Shown: piece by piece, positions 28,456 through 38,203 of the stretch
How the letters are laid out: each line of letters begins with the position of its first letter
How positions within the stretch are numbered: position 1 is the stretch's first letter
Source of the DNA: an uncultured Candidatus Saccharibacteria bacterium
GTDB lineage: Bacteria > Patescibacteriota > Doudnabacteria > UBA920 > 2-01-FULL-46-14
Assembly (NCBI GenBank): GCA_964396685.1
Contig: CAYNFS010000001.1
Location: 16,638 to 80,637 of the forward strand
Length of the DNA: 64,000 nucleotides
Direction: 5' to 3'
Notes under the pieces: generated by a model
Databases searched by the model: none
Seen by the model: only the letters and a program-made list of their open reading frames with translations
What the model was told of the DNA's origin: nothing
Position numbers and translations under genes: made by a program

Positions 28456-29567
28456 TTCGCTATCATCTCCCAGGTTAAGGGTGTTCCAAATTCAATATCT
28501 CTGGATGCACTTTTGCCCAAAACTTCCTCGTAATATTTTGGCTCAAGCCCGAAAGCCGGCCGGATGACCCGAATGTTTTCTGGACTAAATTTCTCGCCCC
28601 GTCTGATGTCCTTGACTAGAAAAATTGATCGTCTAAATCTTTTGTTGTATTCTTCAGCAGGGTTTACCGGACCATATTTAACTAAACCAGCTTGTGTCTC
28701 CTCTGTAGTAGCGCGCCCATTTATGGGCCGATAAATCGGCATGCTACGAATCTCCTCTACCATCCCTTTAAATTCCTGCGGCTCGAGAGAAAACCGCGCA
28801 TCCGGCCCGCCATCCTCTCGCGACAAAGTTAGATGCTTTTCAATAACCAAAGCCCCTGCTTTCACAGCCTCAATGGGCAATTCAATTCCTGCACTGTTAT
28901 CAGAAAATCCGGTCACTGTATTGAATCTGTCTTGTAAATCTTTTATCGTTGCCAAATTGGCATTTGCCCTGTCTGGTTCCGCGCCGTACGAGGTCAGACA
29001 ATGGAGCAGAACCAAATCAGTCGTTCCGTTATCGCGAAGCGTTTTGACAGCTTCTTCAATCTCTTTAAGGCTTGCAAACCCAACTGATATAATCACCGGT
29101 TTTCCCGTAGCGCCGACTTTTTTGAGAAGCGGGATATCGGTCGCCTCGTAAGAAGCGATTTTGTAGCAAGGGACTCGGAGTTCCTCAAGAAAATCCACCG
29201 CCGTTGCGTCAAAAGGCGTAGAAAAAAATATCAGTCCCAAATCGGTCGCCAAATTTTGCAGTTTTGGATGCCAGTCCCAAGGAGTATAAGCTTTCTGATA
29301 AAGCTTATACAAAGTCTTCCCTTGCCATTCTTTGGGATTATCCGCTCCCCCGACCAAAAACCATTCTTTATCCGAATCAATAGTCATGGTGTCGGCCATA
29401 TAGGTTTGCAATTTCACCGCATCAGCTCCGGCTTCTGCCGCGGCTCTCACTAATTGCTCGGCCCGATTATAATCATGCAGGTGATTGCCGGACAACTCGG
29501 CCACGACAAACACCGGCTGGCCTGGCCCGATTGTTCGATTCTTAATTTTTAGGCCATCAATTTGCAT
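28452..29567 (-). CDS. pseI: Pseudaminic acid synthase-like NeuB family protein
   Basis: AELSGNH, AVKLQTY, KIASYE, IEKHLTL, DARFSLEP and SAF domain RRSIF..IRPAFGL. Confidence 0.85.
   Translation of the reverse strand: MQIDGLKIKNRTIGPGQPVFVVAELSGNHLHDYNRAEQLVRAAAEAGADAVKLQTYMADTMTIDSDKEWFLVGGADNPKEWQGKTLYKLYQKAYTPWDWHPKLQNLATDLGLIFFSTPFDATAVDFLEELRVPCYKIASYEATDIPLLKKVGATGKPVIISVGFASLKEIEEAVKTLRDNGTTDLVLLHCLTSYGAEPDRANANLATIKDLQDRFNTVTGFSDNSAGIELPIEAVKAGALVIEKHLTLSREDGGPDARFSLEPQEFKGMVEEIRSMPIYRPINGRATTEETQAGLVKYGPVNPAEEYNKRFRRSIFLVKDIRRGEKFSPENIRVIRPAFGLEPKYYEEVLGKSASRDIEFGTPLTWEMIAK
28708..28747. repeat. GTAG-type REP doublet inserted in frame in pseI
   Basis: GTAGCGCGCCCATTTATGGGC (28708-28728) and the inverted unit GCCGATAAATCGGCATGCTAC (28727-28747). 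Confidence 0.75.
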
Positions 29568-30183
29568 ATTGTCTGGCTCTCAAGGCGTTAATTCCATTCC
29601 TCTCATTTTTTTCAATCCCCCTCATTTTAGGATTATTGTATAGATTCCCGATTATACTCTTCCACCTGCTGGGCTCTTTACTCAAAAGAATGTCCTCGGC
29701 CGCTATAATTTTGACATTGGATTTTCGCAAAGATTCCAAATCAGGTTTGTACTCAATCATCGCTTTAACCCGACCTACATGGCACCGACTAGTAATGATT
29801 AATATTTCTGAAAAACCAGTCTGGCCGAAAGAAACTAAAGCCATAAGCTGCTCATGCGTATTATTTGATTTATGCTCGGTGATTATTCGATTTGTCTGAA
29901 CGCCAAGCTCAACCAGTTCATACTTAATAATGTCCGAGAGATCGGGCCTAGCCGGCTCATCATTGACAACATCGTGACCTCTTTGGCCCGGAACGAAGAT
30001 TATCGCTTCTGGAAAATCATTGGACAAATAATAAGTCGCCCACTCTCGAAGTGTTCCACCAGGAATCCCGTAATCAAAATCCTCATCATCCCAACCAGTG
30101 CTCATCCATTTGCCGTCTTTGCTCTTTACACCAGCGCACAAAATGCAGATTATTTTATTTTTAGAATTCGGATACATTCGCAT
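29557..30183 (-). CDS. YdcF/DUF218-like protein
   Basis: ELGV..IITEHKSNNTHEQ and IITSRCHVGR; AT-rich. Confidence 0.7.
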   Translation of the reverse strand: MRMYPNSKNKIICILCAGVKSKDGKWMSTGWDDEDFDYGIPGGTLREWATYYLSNDFPEAIIFVPGQRGHDVVNDEPARPDLSDIIKYELVELGVQTNRIITEHKSNNTHEQLMALVSFGQTGFSEILIITSRCHVGRVKAMIEYKPDLESLRKSNVKIIAAEDILLSKEPSRWKSIIGNLYNNPKMRGIEKNERNGINALRARQYAN

Positions 30184-30194
30184 ATTCGAATCTC

Positions 30195-31481
30195 TTATCT
30201 CACCTTAAAAATATTAGTGATTGGCTTACCTTTGAGAGCTTTGCGGAGTTGCTCATTGGCAAGCAATACACTTAATTTCGCAAAAATCTCGTCATAAGCT
30301 TCCAAAAGTTTATCTGCATCGCCTTTGGTATGGCTAAAACTCATATTATGACTGCCGTACCACAAAAAACCTCTTTGCAAGAGCTCCTGTTGGATATAAC
30401 TTTTGATTTCCAAATCCGAAAAACCGTTTGATTCGTGAATGCTAAATACTTGCCAGGCTGGATTTCCTTTGACCTCAACAATTCCTCTCAAACCATGGCT
30501 TAAGATTAGATCATTAGTTTTGGTTTGCAAATATGTGCCAAGTTTTTTGATATAGGAAATAACATTGCGTCTTTCCATCTCCTTGATTGTGGCAATCGCG
30601 GCCGCGATGGACAGGATTTCTCCGCCTTGAGTAAACGAATAAAATATATCTTTTATCTTTTCCATGTACTTCCGCTTGCCCACCAGCGCGGAAATCGGCA
30701 TACCGTTGGCCATGGATTTGCCGAAAGCGGCCAAATCCGGCGTAACCCCGAAAAGTTTTTGCGCGCCTCCCAAATCAAACCGAAATCCGGTAATAACTTC
30801 GTCAAAGATGAGCAGTGCGCCATGCTTATGCGCCAGCGCCTTGACCTTGCGCAGGAAATTATCTTTCGGCTCCTCATAACTCATGGGCTCCATAATCACG
30901 GCTGCGACTTGATTTTTATACCGCTTGAAGATTTTTTCGAGTGAAGCAAGATTGTTATATTCAAACTTATGCGTGAGCTGCTGGGTAGATTTTGGCACAC
31001 CCAAATTTCTGGGAGTAGACCCAATATACCAATCATGCCAGCCGTGATATCCGCAAACGGCAAGGTGCTCTCGGTCTGTTGCGGCTCTTGCTAATCTGAT
31101 GGCTCCAGTCGTGGCATCTGATCCATTTTTTCCAAATCTCACCATCTCGGCACAAGGAATATGTTTTTTAAGAAGCGTCGCCAACTCGTATTCCAGAGGC
31201 GAAGGTAGCGAAAAGATGATTCCCTTTTTAAGCTGCTTTTTAATTGCCTCATCCACTGCGGGATATTGGTAGCCCAAAATTACCGGCAATAAGGCATTAA
31301 TAAAATCGAGATATTTATAACCGTCAATGTCCCAAACGTTTGCTCCTTTTCCGCGCTCAAGAAAAAGCGGCGCCGCACCTTTTACAAACTGTAAATAACT
31401 TTTACTGAAGGTTTGGGAGGCTAATGGAATTACCTTCTCGACTTGTTTTAGAAATTGATTACTTTTGCGAAAATGTCTCAT
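30195..31481 (-). CDS. Class III PLP aminotransferase (GSA-aminomutase-like)
   Basis: WDIDG, KNGSDAT, GYHGWHDW, LIFDEVITGFR and FGKSMANG. Confidence 0.92.
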   Translation of the reverse strand: MRHFRKSNQFLKQVEKVIPLASQTFSKSYLQFVKGAAPLFLERGKGANVWDIDGYKYLDFINALLPVILGYQYPAVDEAIKKQLKKGIIFSLPSPLEYELATLLKKHIPCAEMVRFGKNGSDATTGAIRLARAATDREHLAVCGYHGWHDWYIGSTPRNLGVPKSTQQLTHKFEYNNLASLEKIFKRYKNQVAAVIMEPMSYEEPKDNFLRKVKALAHKHGALLIFDEVITGFRFDLGGAQKLFGVTPDLAAFGKSMANGMPISALVGKRKYMEKIKDIFYSFTQGGEILSIAAAIATIKEMERRNVISYIKKLGTYLQTKTNDLILSHGLRGIVEVKGNPAWQVFSIHESNGFSDLEIKSYIQQELLQRGFLWYGSHNMSFSHTKGDADKLLEAYDEIFAKLSVLLANEQLRKALKGKPITNIFKVR

Positions 31482-31491
31482 GACTATATGA

Positions 31492-32259
31492 TTAGACCGA
31501 GGATTTAGTGATAAAGTCGTTAGCAAGCGATTTGAGGAGACCCTCATTCCTGGTAATACTCAAATTCTTAACCGCTACCTTCATATTTTTAGTCAAAAGC
31601 GAAATATGATGAAGGTAGCCATCGGTAATTCGACTGTTGGTAATTAAAAATTTTGCCACCTCGAAATCTTCCTTTTCATCCACCGTGAACCGAAAATGCC
31701 TAAAATCGGCAGGCGCTTTGAGGTTTCCTTTTTTGTACTTTTGGCGTTTGCGTATATACAAAGTTACGTGTTCGCGTTCCGAAAAAAGTTTGGCAAAACG
31801 GTCTGCCTCAAGCAAGGCTTTTCTCGTAAAAACCTCTACATCCAGACCGTCGGGGAAAGTTTCTTCGAGAATATTGGCCGCATAATCGTAACGTTTTAGG
31901 CGGTATAACTTAATCACTTCATAGATAACCTCTGGATCAATCAAAGGGCAATCGCCAGTGACTCGCACGATATTACGGTACTGAGAATATCGCCGGGCGC
32001 ACTCCGCATAACGGTTTAACACATCTTGTTCGGAACCTCGAAAGCACGCAACTCTTAACTTGTTACACAACCTGACTACTTTTATATCCTCTTTATTTGT
32101 TGTTGTTGCAACCACGATCTTGTCAATCCCGTCAGCCAGTTGCACCCTTCTAATCTCGTATGCAAGAAGTGGAATCCCTTTAACTTTAAGCAAAACTTTT
32201 CCGGGCAGCCGGGTTGATCCCAAACGAGCTTGGATGATGCACAGGGTTTTCCCTCTCAT
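31492..32259 (-). CDS. SpsF-like cytidylyltransferase
   Basis: IIQARLGSTRLPGKVL, FRGSEQDVL, RVTGDCP, REHVT and RFTVD. Confidence 0.92.
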   Translation of the reverse strand: MRGKTLCIIQARLGSTRLPGKVLLKVKGIPLLAYEIRRVQLADGIDKIVVATTTNKEDIKVVRLCNKLRVACFRGSEQDVLNRYAECARRYSQYRNIVRVTGDCPLIDPEVIYEVIKLYRLKRYDYAANILEETFPDGLDVEVFTRKALLEADRFAKLFSEREHVTLYIRKRQKYKKGNLKAPADFRHFRFTVDEKEDFEVAKFLITNSRITDGYLHHISLLTKNMKVAVKNLSITRNEGLLKSLANDFITKSSV

Positions 32260-33215
32260 TTTCGTTGCACGCAATATTTTAAGACTTGACTGGCAATCGA
32301 CAGATTGTTGAACGTCTGCTCTCGTCGGCTAACACACTGAAAAAAATATTTTATCTCATCAATGTAAGTCTGGTTAAATACAAAGCCTTTCGGATGCAGC
32401 AGCTTTTTTGTCCGGTTTTTTGACTTAAGCCAGACGACATTTTCGTGAAAATCCCACTCTAAATTCCCCTTTTCCCCCACAACCTTACAGTTTCTGGAGT
32501 AATGCTGCTGCAGATAGTCAGAATGAATGGAAGCAAAAATATCATTTTGAAATCGAAAAATAGCCAGGCTTAAATCCTCAGTTTCAATTTCTAAGTTGCT
32601 GACCCGCTCATAGAAAAATTTAGACTGGCGTACGGGACTGAAATTGTTTAACCAAAAAGCTAAATCAAATTCGTGGATATCGTCCAAAATAATTCCGCCA
32701 CCGGTGTCCCGTCGGGCCGCGAAATTTTTCCTATAATCAGTTTCCGGCCGCCAAAAAGGCAGATAATAACCGAATTCCAAATAAATGCTGTATATTTTAC
32801 CCAACTCCTTATTCGCCAGATAGTTTTTGATGAACCGCAGACAAGGATGAAAACGTAGGTTACATCCGACCATGGTGATTAATTTTTTCCTCTGGCAAAT
32901 CTTGTTTAACATCGCCACTCCAAGCAAATTGTGGGAGAGTGGCTTTTCAATAAAAAGGTGACAACCGGCCTTTGCCGCAAGCATCGCCTGCTTAATATGC
33001 AGATGGTTCGGCGAACAAATGAATGCGACATCAAATTTTTCTAAAGTTCCCATTCCTAAATTTTGAATTTTGAATTTTGAATTTTGAATTTTGCGCGAGT
33101 TAGAATCATAAACATAAACCTGTTCGTAACCCAAGGCGAGCAAGTTCTTATAGTGCCTCTTCCCAATTGACCCAACCCCAATTATTAAAATTTTAGGATT
33201 GAATTGTTTCGGCAT
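32256..33215 (-). CDS. Gfo/Idh/MocA oxidoreductase
   Basis: IIGVGSIGKRH, FIEKP, NLRFHP and GGGIILDDIHE. Confidence 0.92.
   Translation of the reverse strand: MPKQFNPKILIIGVGSIGKRHYKNLLALGYEQVYVYDSNSRKIQNSKFKIQNLGMGTLEKFDVAFICSPNHLHIKQAMLAAKAGCHLFIEKPLSHNLLGVAMLNKICQRKKLITMVGCNLRFHPCLRFIKNYLANKELGKIYSIYLEFGYYLPFWRPETDYRKNFAARRDTGGGIILDDIHEFDLAFWLNNFSPVRQSKFFYERVSNLEIETEDLSLAIFRFQNDIFASIHSDYLQQHYSRNCKVVGEKGNLEWDFHENVVWLKSKNRTKKLLHPKGFVFNQTYIDEIKYFFQCVSRREQTFNNLSIASQVLKYCVQRK
33060..33093. repeat. Heptamer tandem repeat (ATTTTGA)x4 plus a partial copy, inside the oxidoreductase
   Basis: Read directly; encodes KIQNSKFKIQN. Confidence 0.85.
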
Positions 33216-34269
33216 ATTGCCTGGTCCGAGCTTCGTATTCCTTAAGAAAATATCTTTTATCATAATATTTTTCGCCCATAAAAAGCGGAATCGTAAACCC
33301 CCCAAAACCGCGCTTAAATTTGGAAATATTGATCTGCTTTGGGGAGAAATAAGGGGTAAGATCGGGTGCAAAATATTGCCATCCCAGCTCGTAAAACTCA
33401 ATCTTACTTTTATGCATCCACTCGATCGCTGCCCACTGAATAAAATGAGACACTGGAATATCTTTTGCTTGCTCCGAAATACCTACGGAACCGTAATAAG
33501 CGTTATTTTTATAAACAAAGAAATAAATGAAACCTAGATAAGCGGCCCCCAGTTTGGCACCAGCCAAAAAAGCCTCACCGCGTTTTGCTGTCTCGTACAT
33601 ACTTTCGTAAGTTTTTGGCGAACGGATAATTCTTTTTGCTTCTTGTTGATGTAACTGAACATAGTTTTCAAAAATCTTGAGAGTAAGCTTATTTTGGTCA
33701 AAAAACTCCGCCTCCAAGGTCTTAGCTCCTTGAGCAATTGCCGCATCGTGGCCATGGCGCAAATCACGACGAAGGACCGACAACGGCTGTTTGAGATCAA
33801 TCACCTGCGTACTGATCGAACAATCCAAGTATCCGAACTTGTGAAGAAAATTAGATCTTCGTCTTAAGGTTTCCTGCAAATAAGATTTGTTCAGGGTGAC
33901 AAACCGAAAACTGGCTCTACTGACACGATGCTTTCGCGCCAACCGGTCAACTTCTTCAAAAATAAACTTCAAGACTTTCTCTCTGATCTTCGGAGATAAA
34001 TCATTCGCCAAAGCCGGAACGGGAAGGGGAATATCACCCATGGTAAACTCGCGGCCAGTAGCCTTGGTCTCAAGAAATAAAGGACAAATCGCCAAAATTT
34101 TGCCGTTGTCTTCCACAATAAAAGATAAGGATAGGGGGTAAAAATCGGTGCGATAATCCAAGTTATACCGAAGCCAAGAAGTAGTATGCCAAAACCAAGC
34201 ATCATCGCTTTTTAGACAAAATTCGTCCCAGAGGAGATAATTTTTTGCAGTCAATTCTTTAATCTCCAT
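33193..34269 (-). CDS. FemAB-like GNAT acyl/aminoacyl transferase
   Basis: WDEF..WFWHT, TQVIDL and SKFKRGFGG. Confidence 0.75.
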   Translation of the reverse strand: MEIKELTAKNYLLWDEFCLKSDDAWFWHTTSWLRYNLDYRTDFYPLSLSFIVEDNGKILAICPLFLETKATGREFTMGDIPLPVPALANDLSPKIREKVLKFIFEEVDRLARKHRVSRASFRFVTLNKSYLQETLRRRSNFLHKFGYLDCSISTQVIDLKQPLSVLRRDLRHGHDAAIAQGAKTLEAEFFDQNKLTLKIFENYVQLHQQEAKRIIRSPKTYESMYETAKRGEAFLAGAKLGAAYLGFIYFFVYKNNAYYGSVGISEQAKDIPVSHFIQWAAIEWMHKSKIEFYELGWQYFAPDLTPYFSPKQINISKFKRGFGGFTIPLFMGEKYYDKRYFLKEYEARTRQYAETIQS

Positions 34270-35380
34270 TTGAAACTTGGAAAAAGGTTTTAATGACTTT
34301 AGCAATAGATTTCACCTCGCCTCGGGAAAGTCTAGGGAAACAGGGTAAAGTCAGGCAAGAACGGTGATAAACTTCGGCGTTGGGAAGTTGTAAATTTTTG
34401 TACCCAATTTTCTGATAATATGGGTGGGAATAAACTGCCGGATAATGAAAATTTACTCCAATTCCCCGCTCTTTCAAAAAACTCATCAAGGGGTCCCGCA
34501 ATTCAGGGTTTGTGACCAGAACCACATAAAGGTGCCAGCCGGAATAATTTCTCGGAAGTTGTTTGGGTAAGACGATCTCTTTGACTTGGTTTAATTCTTG
34601 ATAATACCATTCCGCCACCTTGTGCCTTTTGTGAAGAAAACTATCCAGTCGTTTCAGTTGCGAGAGGCCCAGCGCCGCTTGCAAGTCTGTTGTCCGGTAA
34701 TTATAGCCCAGGTCAATCATGACATTTTTGCCAGCTTGGTCTTTGTAAATCCCGTGATTCCTGAGCGAAACTAATCTCCGATAATATTTTTCGTTATCAG
34801 TCAAAATCGCTCCTCCCTCCGCCGTGGTAATAGCTTTTACTGGGTGAAAACTAAAAACCGCCATGTCACTTTTTAGCGAACCAATTTTTTTATTCCGGTA
34901 TCTGGCCCCCAACGCATGACAAGCATCCTCAATCACAATCAGCCGATATTTTTTTGCCAGCTTTAAAACTTTCTCCATTTCGACCGGCTGGCCGGCAAAG
35001 TGAACAGGGATAATTGCTTTCGTTTTTTTAGTCAGGAGTTTCTCAATTTTCGCTTCATCCAAATTGTAAGTATCAAGGCGGATGTCGGTGAAAACTGGCT
35101 TTGCCCCAACGGCCAAAAGCATATTTGCGGTGGCAGCAAAAGTGTTTGGTGTAGTAATCACCTCATCGCCTTTTTTCAATCCTGCCGCAAGGTACGCCAA
35201 GTGCAAAGCGTCCGTCCCGTGACTCGTGGCCACGGCGTATTTCGCGCCACAGTAACGGGCCAATGCCTCCTCAAAAGCCGAAATGTTTGGTCCTTGGGTT
35301 AACCAATCTGAGCGCAAAACCTTGATGACCGCAGCAATATCCTCGGCACTAATAGTTTGTCGTCCATAAGGGATCGCCAT
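34259..35380 (-). CDS. pseC: DegT-family sugar aminotransferase, PseC-like
   Basis: IPYGRQTI, WLTQGP, IEDACHALG, FSFHPVKAITTAEGG and GYNYR. Confidence 0.85.
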   Translation of the reverse strand: MAIPYGRQTISAEDIAAVIKVLRSDWLTQGPNISAFEEALARYCGAKYAVATSHGTDALHLAYLAAGLKKGDEVITTPNTFAATANMLLAVGAKPVFTDIRLDTYNLDEAKIEKLLTKKTKAIIPVHFAGQPVEMEKVLKLAKKYRLIVIEDACHALGARYRNKKIGSLKSDMAVFSFHPVKAITTAEGGAILTDNEKYYRRLVSLRNHGIYKDQAGKNVMIDLGYNYRTTDLQAALGLSQLKRLDSFLHKRHKVAEWYYQELNQVKEIVLPKQLPRNYSGWHLYVVLVTNPELRDPLMSFLKERGIGVNFHYPAVYSHPYYQKIGYKNLQLPNAEVYHRSCLTLPCFPRLSRGEVKSIAKVIKTFFQVSNGD

Positions 35381-35396
35381 AATAATTTTTCTTTAA

Positions 35397-35810
35397 TTAC
35401 TTATACTCGATATCCCAAATATTCCATTTATCATAGGGAAAACGAATGTCGTCCTTTTCACTTTCTTCTAAGCTTAGGGAAGAAAAGAAAATTACAATTG
35501 TGTCTTCCTCTAAAGTCATAAAACCGTTGGCGTGATTCGGTGGAATCCACAAAATTCGCGGCTTTTCGGCTGCCAGCACGAATTTTTCAACTTCTTCAGT
35601 GTGCAAATTAACCACTCCAACAAATGCCGAACCACGCGCGACATAAACATATTTCTGCTCGGTCTTATGCCCGTGCCAACCACGGATAAAACCTCGTCGA
35701 TGGTTTTCGATCTGATAAAACCGCTTGACGTTTTTGAAATCAAAATCGTTGACGAACCGCACAACGCCGCGTTGATCAAAAACCAAATCACCAGATATTA
35801 AGTTAGCCAT
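35397..35810 (-). CDS. RmlC-like cupin sugar epimerase/isomerase
   Basis: DQRG, IRGWHGHK and IPPNHANGF. Confidence 0.85.
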   Translation of the reverse strand: MANLISGDLVFDQRGVVRFVNDFDFKNVKRFYQIENHRRGFIRGWHGHKTEQKYVYVARGSAFVGVVNLHTEEVEKFVLAAEKPRILWIPPNHANGFMTLEEDTIVIFFSSLSLEESEKDDIRFPYDKWNIWDIEYK

Positions 35811-35833
35811 ATTCTTTCTTCTTAATGTTAATT

Positions 35834-36781
35834 TTAAATTATGCGACTTTTAATAAACTGGGCATTGGAATAGTTAATGTCATTCGGTTCTCGCATCCGG
35901 TGCTCCTCTAAAATCTGGGAAAATTCTTTGATACCGAAAGGTAAGTCATATTTCGGGCGCCAACCATAAGAACGTAGTTTCTCCGAGCTAACTTTATAAT
36001 TACGCAAATCTTCGAATCTGATGTTAGAATAACTAATCCGCGTGTGCGGGATAATTTTTTTCACCTCTTCTGCAATATCGCAAATTCTAAAATTTTTGTA
36101 ATTGATATTAAATATGCCTTGCAAGTTCTGCTCTATGCCGAATAAAACCGCTTCGGCCACATCTTTAACATGAAGTAACGGCCGCCATTGCCCTCCGCCA
36201 AACACGTTAAGATTTCCAAGCAGTATGGCTTGTTTGGTCAGCGCGTTGACTACCAAGTCCATGCGGGGACGCGAGTATCGATCGCCCAGTCCGAAAAGCG
36301 TTGCCAGCCGAAAAATCAGATAATCTTTACTGTGCGCCACGACGCCTTGCTCCGCCTTCAATTTGCTTTCGGCGTAGACAGAAATGGGATTAAGTTTGGC
36401 ATCTTCGTCGAGTAAATCATCATTAATTCCATAAACCGAAGCGGTAGACATAAAGATAATTTTGCCGTGGTAATTTTTTGCCAGCCACTCGACCGGCTTT
36501 GTATTAATCTCAAAAGTCAAGGTTGGATTTACGGCACAAGCCGCGTCCCCAACTAATGCCGCAAGCCAAATCACGATATCAAAATTATTAATAATACTTC
36601 CAAGTCTTTCGTGGTCTCTCACGTCGCCATAAATAAACGAAGCGTTCTTCAAATACCGGGATTCGTACACCAAATTATCGTAAATCGTCACCTCATAACC
36701 CTTTTCTCTCAACAAATCCGTCAAATATCCCCCCACATAGCCGGCGCCGCCGGTAATTAAAATAGTTTTATCTTCAGACAT
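35834..36781 (-). CDS. NAD-dependent sugar epimerase/dehydratase
   Basis: TGGAGYVG, YAESK, FRLATLFG and WRPLLHV. Confidence 0.92.
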   Translation of the reverse strand: MSEDKTILITGGAGYVGGYLTDLLREKGYEVTIYDNLVYESRYLKNASFIYGDVRDHERLGSIINNFDIVIWLAALVGDAACAVNPTLTFEINTKPVEWLAKNYHGKIIFMSTASVYGINDDLLDEDAKLNPISVYAESKLKAEQGVVAHSKDYLIFRLATLFGLGDRYSRPRMDLVVNALTKQAILLGNLNVFGGGQWRPLLHVKDVAEAVLFGIEQNLQGIFNINYKNFRICDIAEEVKKIIPHTRISYSNIRFEDLRNYKVSSEKLRSYGWRPKYDLPFGIKEFSQILEEHRMREPNDINYSNAQFIKSRII

Positions 36782-38201
36782 GTAATTCCGAAATTATGGC
36801 TTCGCTTAAATTACGAAGTCTCTGTCCAGTGGTCAATTGAGATATGTCGGTATTAAATGGATCGTCTACGGAGCAATGAATCGTTGCGTCATCAAAACTT
36901 TTAAGAAAATTGATGACTGCCTGTGCTTTGATCTTAAAACCATTTCTGATCTTTTCAAACGCCGCACGGCAAGTGGCTACGTCTTCAACTTTGAATACCA
37001 AGGGACAATCGCGATACCATGGATAGCCAAAAATCACGGCCGGCTTGCGCCGCAGAATCGCCTCCCAACCGGGTGTGCCGGTTACCGTTGCGACGGCCTG
37101 AGAGCGATCAATCAGTTCATAGTTGTCGGTTTCAATTGGCACCAAAAAAACTTTCGGGATCCGAGCAATTTTTTCATAATAACCACGATAACGAAAAGGC
37201 GAATATTTACGGCCTTGCCTCCACCATTGTACCGGATGTTCTTTGACATACACTATCCATTGTTCCGGCAGGGTGGCCGCCACGGTTTCGATCATAAAAA
37301 TCAAATCCGCAAAAATTTCTCCAAGCGGCACGGTAGTCCGCTCTGGCTGGTATTGCAAAGGAATGTACACGAATTTTCGCTGATAATCCGGTCTGACTTG
37401 ATACTCGCGATACTCCTTCCAAGCATTGGGACCCAGGCGACTTGCAAAAAAACGATAGGCTAAAACGAAAAGCCGCGGGCTTATCAAATTTTTCCCAAAG
37501 ATTTTCAATTTTCGTCGGAAGTTATTAAAACCCAAATATCGCCGCCTATCAAGTTTTAAATACCAAGGTTTGGCTTCTTCAGTGTCTTTTCCAGTCTGTT
37601 TCAAATAATACGTCTGCAAATCGGGACTCAATTCATTCAAAGAAAATTGCTTGCCTTGATTTTGTTGCAATATCTGCGAAAGTTTCGGGCTTGGTTCCCA
37701 GGGATCAAAGTGAACAAATGTCCTATCGGAAACCGGGGTATCGGAGAACATAATCGTTTTTATGCCACTAAGTTTAGCAAGGCTGTAAAGAAGGTAATTG
37801 TAGTTGTTTGCCGGGGATATTGGAAAAATTATTGCGTCCGGACGAAACTCCTCAAGCACTCCCTGCCAATAACGCAGCAAGTCATAATACAAATGTTTGT
37901 GCTCTTCGAAAGAGAGATAAGGAAATACCTTGTTCGTCATTGTCATAACAATTGACTCCACTCCATAAAGTCTGCGAACAAGATCGGCCGAGGGGGGCGG
38001 ATATTTCCAGACTTCAATACCGGGAGCCGGAATTCCTCGACGGGCATCTTTGTAATTGTGAAAAATAATTTCCGGAAAATTTTTGACCTCCCTATTAAAC
38101 GCCCCTACCCAATAAAGCACCTGATGAGAATGCTTCTGAAGTTCTGTGATCGTATTTGCCGTTTCCGCGCCATGGTTGGCGAAAATTAAAAAAAGACGCA
38201 T
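36774..38201 (-). CDS. Second Capsule_synth (KpsS-like) domain protein
   Basis: YIPLQYQPE, YVKEHP and GTPGWEA. Confidence 0.8.
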   Translation of the reverse strand: MRLFLIFANHGAETANTITELQKHSHQVLYWVGAFNREVKNFPEIIFHNYKDARRGIPAPGIEVWKYPPPSADLVRRLYGVESIVMTMTNKVFPYLSFEEHKHLYYDLLRYWQGVLEEFRPDAIIFPISPANNYNYLLYSLAKLSGIKTIMFSDTPVSDRTFVHFDPWEPSPKLSQILQQNQGKQFSLNELSPDLQTYYLKQTGKDTEEAKPWYLKLDRRRYLGFNNFRRKLKIFGKNLISPRLFVLAYRFFASRLGPNAWKEYREYQVRPDYQRKFVYIPLQYQPERTTVPLGEIFADLIFMIETVAATLPEQWIVYVKEHPVQWWRQGRKYSPFRYRGYYEKIARIPKVFLVPIETDNYELIDRSQAVATVTGTPGWEAILRRKPAVIFGYPWYRDCPLVFKVEDVATCRAAFEKIRNGFKIKAQAVINFLKSFDDATIHCSVDDPFNTDISQLTTGQRLRNLSEAIISELHV

Positions 38202-38203
38202 AT

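Noticed and set aside
30166-30191. ATTCG(G/C/A)AT triple repeat at the start of the DUF218-like gene
   Set aside because: Only three degenerate copies, too weak to call a separate repeat family.
30195-31481. hemL of tetrapyrrole synthesis
   Set aside because: The context is SpsF and NeuB sugar genes with no hem genes, so it is better read as a sugar aminotransferase.
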